Source: Candidatus Marinacidobacterales bacterium
Lineage (GTDB): Bacteria; Acidobacteriota; Vicinamibacteria; Marinacidobacterales; DATDRI01
DNA: 64,000 nt
Reading direction: 5' to 3'
Assembly: GCA_965226495.1 (NCBI GenBank)
Contig: OZ245365.1
Span: 5,760,001 to 5,824,000, forward strand
Made by a program: the position numbers and the translations under genes. Within the stretch, counting starts at the first letter, position 1. Each line of letters opens with the position of its first letter. Under the pieces are notes generated by a model. That model was given only the letters and a program-made list of their open reading frames with translations. It was not told where the DNA came from and did no database searches. Shown here in pieces: positions 59,423-64,000 of the stretch.

Positions 59423-62400
59423 TTGAAGAGCCGCCGCTGGACACGCATCCTAACCGGCATTCTAGGTTGGGTGATCGGAGTCGCCGCCTCAGTCACAGCG
59501 ACAACCCTCCTTTTTTTAGCAGTTTTCATCCTATTCTTCGACTATCCCGATTACCTGCGGCAATGGATCGAGGATGAGGCGACCCGGGTCCTGGACACTT
59601 CGGTTTCAATCGACAGTATTTCGGTTGATCTACCTAATTATAGTTTCGTTATTGCGGGCGTTCGGGTCGAAGCCCGAACGGATGGGCCGGCCCCACTCGA
59701 GATCGAGAGCGTACGTGGTCAGCTCAACTTGACCGGGGTCTTCGACCGAGAGCTCCATCTTTCGCTTCTGGAAGTAAGCGGTCTCAAGTTTCGCGTGCAG
59801 GACTACGGGGGAGGTCGGATCGAGGCGCCCGGGCGCTTGCGCACACCGGGGGGACCCGCAAATTCAGAAGCCAGCGGAATGGCCCTTCTGGCGGATCGGA
59901 TTCGAATCGAGAACGCGTTCTTCGTTTACAACAACACGAATATCCCCTGGCGGCTGGAAGCGGACGAGCTCGCCGCGAACTTGGAGAGGGAGAGCTCCGG
60001 CCGGTTTCGGGGCACGGTCGAATACGAGCGCGGCTCGGTTCGAGTCAAGGGGCGTCAGCCGATCGAGGCCGCAGTCGACGCTCGCTTCAGGCTCAGCGGG
60101 CGAGAGTTGGAACTAGAAGAGCTCAACGCTCGGGGATCTTTCTATGAGCTCTCGTCCAAAGGGAGCATAACGCTTGGGACGGACCCACAAGTCGAGCTCT
60201 CGATTGACGTCGAGAGCGAGGTCGGGCCGGCGGCTACGCGTCTACTTGGTCTCACCCTGCTTTCGAGCGGACGGGGAAATCAGAAGGGAAGTTTTGAGGG
60301 CAGTCTCCTAATGGGGCGGGGCTGGCACCTCTTGCGAGGCGTCGCGCGGATCCCGGAGGCACGATTCGCCGGAATCCCTCTACGCGATTTCGAGGGGAAC
60401 GTACTTTGGGATCGCAACATCGTCGAGTTGCAGTCCGCCGAGGCAGTTTTTGCTGGCGGGACGGCGTCGTTCGATTTCAAACAGCCAGCTCCGATAGCTA
60501 CAAGAACTGCCGAGCTCGACTTGAAGTTCGAAGACGTTCGCTTGTCACAACTCATGGAGTCATCCGGCGATGACCTGGAGCGTTTTGCTTCTCGCGTGTC
60601 GGGTGGTGCGAACCTCAACTTCCCTTTGGCCGACCCGACTTTTGCCACCGGAGACTTCGAGCTCGTAGGTGTCGCCCCCGATGAGCCCGATGAGCCTGAC
60701 GAGTCCGAGCTTCCCGGACTCGACTTTTCGGTAGGCGGCGTCTTGGAAAGTGGGGAACTGGAACTGCGCCCGAGTCGTTTCGAGAGCGACGGCGTTGTCG
60801 CGACCCTAGCGGGCGCGTACCCACGAACTGCGCCGGCGAGTCTGAGCTTCGAAGCCGTCGCCCAAGATCTTGCCCGTGCCGACCGACTGCAGCGAGGACT
60901 GCGCGCTCTCGTGAATCCCGAACGTCAGCCGCAGTTACTCGGCGTCACCGGAAGCGGTCGCGCCAAGGGCCGTTTGGAAGGACGGCTTCCCGGGCTGACA
61001 TTCAAAGGTACGTTCAGCGGTCGCGACGTTACTTACTACGGGATTCGATGGGGAGATGTGGAGGCGGATGGAAGCCTTAGCGCTAAAGAAGTGCACTTCG
61101 ATTCTTTCCAATCCAAAGCGGGTGACGATGAGCTCGCCGGTCGCGGCACTCTGGCATTAGGCTCCAGTCCCCTAGCCGAGTCGACCAGAGATTTCGCCGT
61201 GGCGGTGGAGCTCCGCGGCTGGCCTGCCTCGTCGCTCGAGATCCTTTTGGGGATCCCGCTCGATCTGCAGGGACGGCTCACCGGGAAGGGGAGGTTTTCA
61301 TCCGCCGCCGGCGAGCGCAGTGGAGAAGCCAGAGGATCGTTGGTGTCGGGATCCTTCCAAGGCCAAGACTTCGACCGCGCATCATCCCGCATAAGGCTTC
61401 ACGGACGAGAGCTGTCTTTAGACGATCTTTCAATCTCTCGCGGACCTGCCGAGCTCAGCGGCACGTTCAGGCTGGATATCGACTCGCGCGAGGTGAAGAG
61501 CGACCTCCGAGGTCGACGCCTGCCGGTATCGGCACTCGGATCGATGGCCGCGAAGATCCAGGGTGAGCTTGATGGATCTGTCTCGGTCGCGGGAAGAGTC
61601 TCCGCGCCCGACATTGATGTCGAAGCCGAGGTCTCGGGCTTGGCGGTCGCCGGAGCAGAGCTTGGCAGCGGACGGGTCGAGTTACACGTACGCGGTGAGT
61701 CTTTACGCGGGGGCCTGACCGTCACCGGGCGATCCCTCGAGCTAGAGACCCAGGTGCAAGTCCGTATCGCGCCCGGTTTTCCCGTCGAGGGGCAGGTGCG
61801 CTTTCGCGGTGCCGATCTCGCCCCCATGCTGCGCTCCATGCGCGATGAGCTGCCCGAATCTTTGCGCCTGATCTCGGACGGCCAGGCCTCTTTTGAAGGA
61901 CGACTCGAATCCATCGAGACCTTTTCCGGGGAAGGTAGGTTGTCCAGTCTTACCACCGATGTTTCCAACTATCGTCTCGTTTCGTCCGCGCCGGTCCAAC
62001 TGAAGCTTCGGCGAGGGACCCTCGAGGTGAGCACGATGGAGCTCGTCGGCGACGATACCCGCATTCGATTGGGCGGCAGCTTGGGCCTCGATGGAACGGA
62101 GATGGATTTGGATGCCGACGGCATGGTCAATCTCCACCTGCTGAGCTCACTCTTCCCTTCCACGACATGGTCTGGAAAGGCCGAGGTGGCGGCGAACTTC
62201 AAAGGTGGTTGGGCACATCCCTCCGTTTCCGGCCACGTCGATCTCAACCAGGGAGCCTTGAGCTTCAGGGAGTTTCCGCACGCGTTCGGGGATATTCATG
62301 GCCGCGTCCTCTTCGATAACCGGACCGTGCGACTGCAAGGTCTGGAAGCTCGTTTCGGGGGAGCACCGGTCAGCTTGACGGGCTCTTTATCGTTGACCGG

Positions 62401-63382
62401 GCTCCGTCCCGATTCCTTCGAGTTGAGGGCAAGTGGCAGCGGGCTCCGTCTTCGCTACCCGCAAGGGCTGGCCGCGACAGTGGATGCGGACCTGTCCCTC
62501 ACCGGCACGGCGAGCGCACAGATCCTCGCGGGACGAGTCGAGATTCAGGAAGCGACCTGGACGAGGGAGTACGACATTGCAGCAGGAATCCTCGGTACTC
62601 GTGACGTCATCGATTTGGTGGAGCCGACCGTAGAATCACGTTTTCCCGATCTCCGTTTGGACGTGAGCGTTGTCGCGCCCGACAGCTTGAGGGTTCGCAA
62701 TTCGCTGGCGACGATCGATGGAGGCGCGGAGTTCCAGCTTCGCGGGACGTTTGACCGCCCGGCTCTGCTTGGACGCGCCGAGGCCGCGCGAGGCGAAGTA
62801 TTTCTGCTTGGGCAGCGGTACATCATCGTTTCCGGGAAAGTGGAGTTCGTCGACCCTAGTTCCATCAAACCGTTCTTCGATCTAGCGGCCGAGGCCCGTG
62901 TAAGGAGCTACCAGGTTCAGCTCCGTCTTACCGGAACACCCGATCGCTTTTTTCCCGAATTGAGCTCCGACCCACCCCTCCGACCGGTCGAGATCTTGAG
63001 GCTCCTCGCCGGCGCTACCGAAAGCGAGCTCAGAACCGTTGGTACCGCGGAAGAGGAGTTGGCCAGTGTGACCGTCGCCAGCCTCCTCACCGAGAGACTC
63101 AACCAGCAGTTGAGCCGACGCGCCGAGCGGCTCTTCGGTCTCGATCGCTTTAGTGTCAATCCCTCCTTGGTAGGGCAATTCGCGAACCCGGTCGCTCGCG
63201 TCAGTGTGGGGAAACAAGTCTCCCGTGACGTGGCCATCAATTACTCGACCGCCTTCGGTGAGACCACGGAGTCGATCGTGGTCGTCATCGAGTACACACC
63301 CAAGGGACCGGTGTCTTGGATTTTCTCTCGGGACGAGACCGGCGCCCTCGCGGTGGACATGAAGTTCCGAAAGAGCTTTTGA
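59423..63382 (+). CDS. translocation/assembly module TamB-domain (AsmA-like) protein
   Basis: N-terminal TM, long beta-rich body, C-terminal DUF490-like region (LRLTGT..LSSDPPL..VGKQVS..KFRKSF). Confidence 0.88.
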   Translation: MKSRRWTRILTGILGWVIGVAASVTATTLLFLAVFILFFDYPDYLRQWIEDEATRVLDTSVSIDSISVDLPNYSFVIAGVRVEARTDGPAPLEIESVRGQLNLTGVFDRELHLSLLEVSGLKFRVQDYGGGRIEAPGRLRTPGGPANSEASGMALLADRIRIENAFFVYNNTNIPWRLEADELAANLERESSGRFRGTVEYERGSVRVKGRQPIEAAVDARFRLSGRELELEELNARGSFYELSSKGSITLGTDPQVELSIDVESEVGPAATRLLGLTLLSSGRGNQKGSFEGSLLMGRGWHLLRGVARIPEARFAGIPLRDFEGNVLWDRNIVELQSAEAVFAGGTASFDFKQPAPIATRTAELDLKFEDVRLSQLMESSGDDLERFASRVSGGANLNFPLADPTFATGDFELVGVAPDEPDEPDESELPGLDFSVGGVLESGELELRPSRFESDGVVATLAGAYPRTAPASLSFEAVAQDLARADRLQRGLRALVNPERQPQLLGVTGSGRAKGRLEGRLPGLTFKGTFSGRDVTYYGIRWGDVEADGSLSAKEVHFDSFQSKAGDDELAGRGTLALGSSPLAESTRDFAVAVELRGWPASSLEILLGIPLDLQGRLTGKGRFSSAAGERSGEARGSLVSGSFQGQDFDRASSRIRLHGRELSLDDLSISRGPAELSGTFRLDIDSREVKSDLRGRRLPVSALGSMAAKIQGELDGSVSVAGRVSAPDIDVEAEVSGLAVAGAELGSGRVELHVRGESLRGGLTVTGRSLELETQVQVRIAPGFPVEGQVRFRGADLAPMLRSMRDELPESLRLISDGQASFEGRLESIETFSGEGRLSSLTTDVSNYRLVSSAPVQLKLRRGTLEVSTMELVGDDTRIRLGGSLGLDGTEMDLDADGMVNLHLLSSLFPSTTWSGKAEVAANFKGGWAHPSVSGHVDLNQGALSFREFPHAFGDIHGRVLFDNRTVRLQGLEARFGGAPVSLTGSLSLTGLRPDSFELRASGSGLRLRYPQGLAATVDADLSLTGTASAQILAGRVEIQEATWTREYDIAAGILGTRDVIDLVEPTVESRFPDLRLDVSVVAPDSLRVRNSLATIDGGAEFQLRGTFDRPALLGRAEAARGEVFLLGQRYIIVSGKVEFVDPSSIKPFFDLAAEARVRSYQVQLRLTGTPDRFFPELSSDPPLRPVEILRLLAGATESELRTVGTAEEELASVTVASLLTERLNQQLSRRAERLFGLDRFSVNPSLVGQFANPVARVSVGKQVSRDVAINYSTAFGETTESIVVVIEYTPKGPVSWIFSRDETGALAVDMKFRKSF

Positions 63383-63386
63383 AGCG

Positions 63387-64000
63387 ATGCTCTTTACGTC
63401 GATGCTCGCTGGAGTGGCCTTAGCACTCGCTTTACCTAGCGGAAACGCCTCGGAGCGATTCACCGGAATGGTGGTGAACGACGTCCAAATGGAGTCTTCG
63501 CGTGGGCCGCTTCCCGAGCGGGCGAGGGAATTGGTCGATGTTCAAGCCGGCGATGCCTACGACCCGGCGGCGGTGCGTCGCTCGATCAAACGCCTCTATG
63601 CTCTGGGGCGCTTTAGTGACATCAAGGTGGACGCTAGACCCGAGGGAGATGGCGTCGCGCTTACTTTTCACCTCTACCCCCGCTTGACCGTCGGTGAGGT
63701 CTTGCTTTCGGAACCCACCGCGAGCTCGAAGGAAGTTCTTTCGATGAGAGAGAGGCTGCTCGAAGAGGGAGCCATTTCTCCCGGGGAGCCGTTCGACGCG
63801 ACGCGGGTCGAAGAAGCGGCGGCGCGAATGGCTGTCCTGCTACAAACGAAGGGTTTTCTTTGGGCTCGAGTCGATCCAGAGGCTCGGATCCAAGAGGCGG
63901 AAGCGCAGGTGATTTTTCACGTCGAGCTCGGTCCACGAGCAAGGATTCACGAGATCCGCATTCAAGGAGTGCCGGAGCACACGAAGGAAGACCTGAGACG
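63387..64000 (+). CDS. BamA/TamA-family POTRA protein, partial (runs off the window)
   Basis: MLFTSMLAGVALALAL signal; POTRA motif GDAYDPAAVRRSIKRLYALGRFSDIKVD; directly follows the TamB-like gene. Confidence 0.85.
   Translation, partial: MLFTSMLAGVALALALPSGNASERFTGMVVNDVQMESSRGPLPERARELVDVQAGDAYDPAAVRRSIKRLYALGRFSDIKVDARPEGDGVALTFHLYPRLTVGEVLLSEPTASSKEVLSMRERLLEEGAISPGEPFDATRVEEAAARMAVLLQTKGFLWARVDPEARIQEAEAQVIFHVELGPRARIHEIRIQGVPEHTKEDLR

Overview
GC-rich bacterial chromosomal segment. The gene content (GWxTD proteins, CRTAC1/ASPIC-UnbV plus TPR cluster, Oar-like TonB receptor, GerMN-amiC-rph-rdgB, TamB/BamA-like pair) suggests Acidobacteriota, possibly Vicinamibacteria; this is inference. 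Housekeeping blocks: tRNA-Ser-ffs-dnaX-ybaB-recR; amiC-GerMN-rph-rdgB-tRNA cluster; ino1; hslVU; transaldolase, acyl-CoA carboxylase subunits and tamB. Accessory genes between them: RND pump, radical SAM, amidohydrolases, peptidases, kinase-DnaJ-TPR, ECF sigma/anti-sigma. Seven tRNAs and the SRP RNA are present. No CRISPR array, integrase or transposase was seen. Main observations: (1) an ArsM-like SAM methyltransferase with an in-frame UGA at the position of a conserved Cys, followed by a SECIS-like hairpin, i.e. a probable selenoprotein, directly upstream of an orphan hydantoinase-B gene; (2) a modular REP/BIME-like repeat family (core GGGGCCCCACCCCC) with compensatory stem changes at two loci; (3) a radical SAM protein with a CX3CX10C motif; (4) a gapless 176-bp direct repeat made of two different tRNA-Arg genes plus a shared structured trailer; (5) a duplicated promoter/leader before tandem GWxTD genes; (6) an (AG)12 tract upstream of a secreted-protein gene. 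recR, an M24 peptidase and the TonB receptor carry frame breaks that resemble assembly/consensus errors, so single-base oddities need read-level checking.
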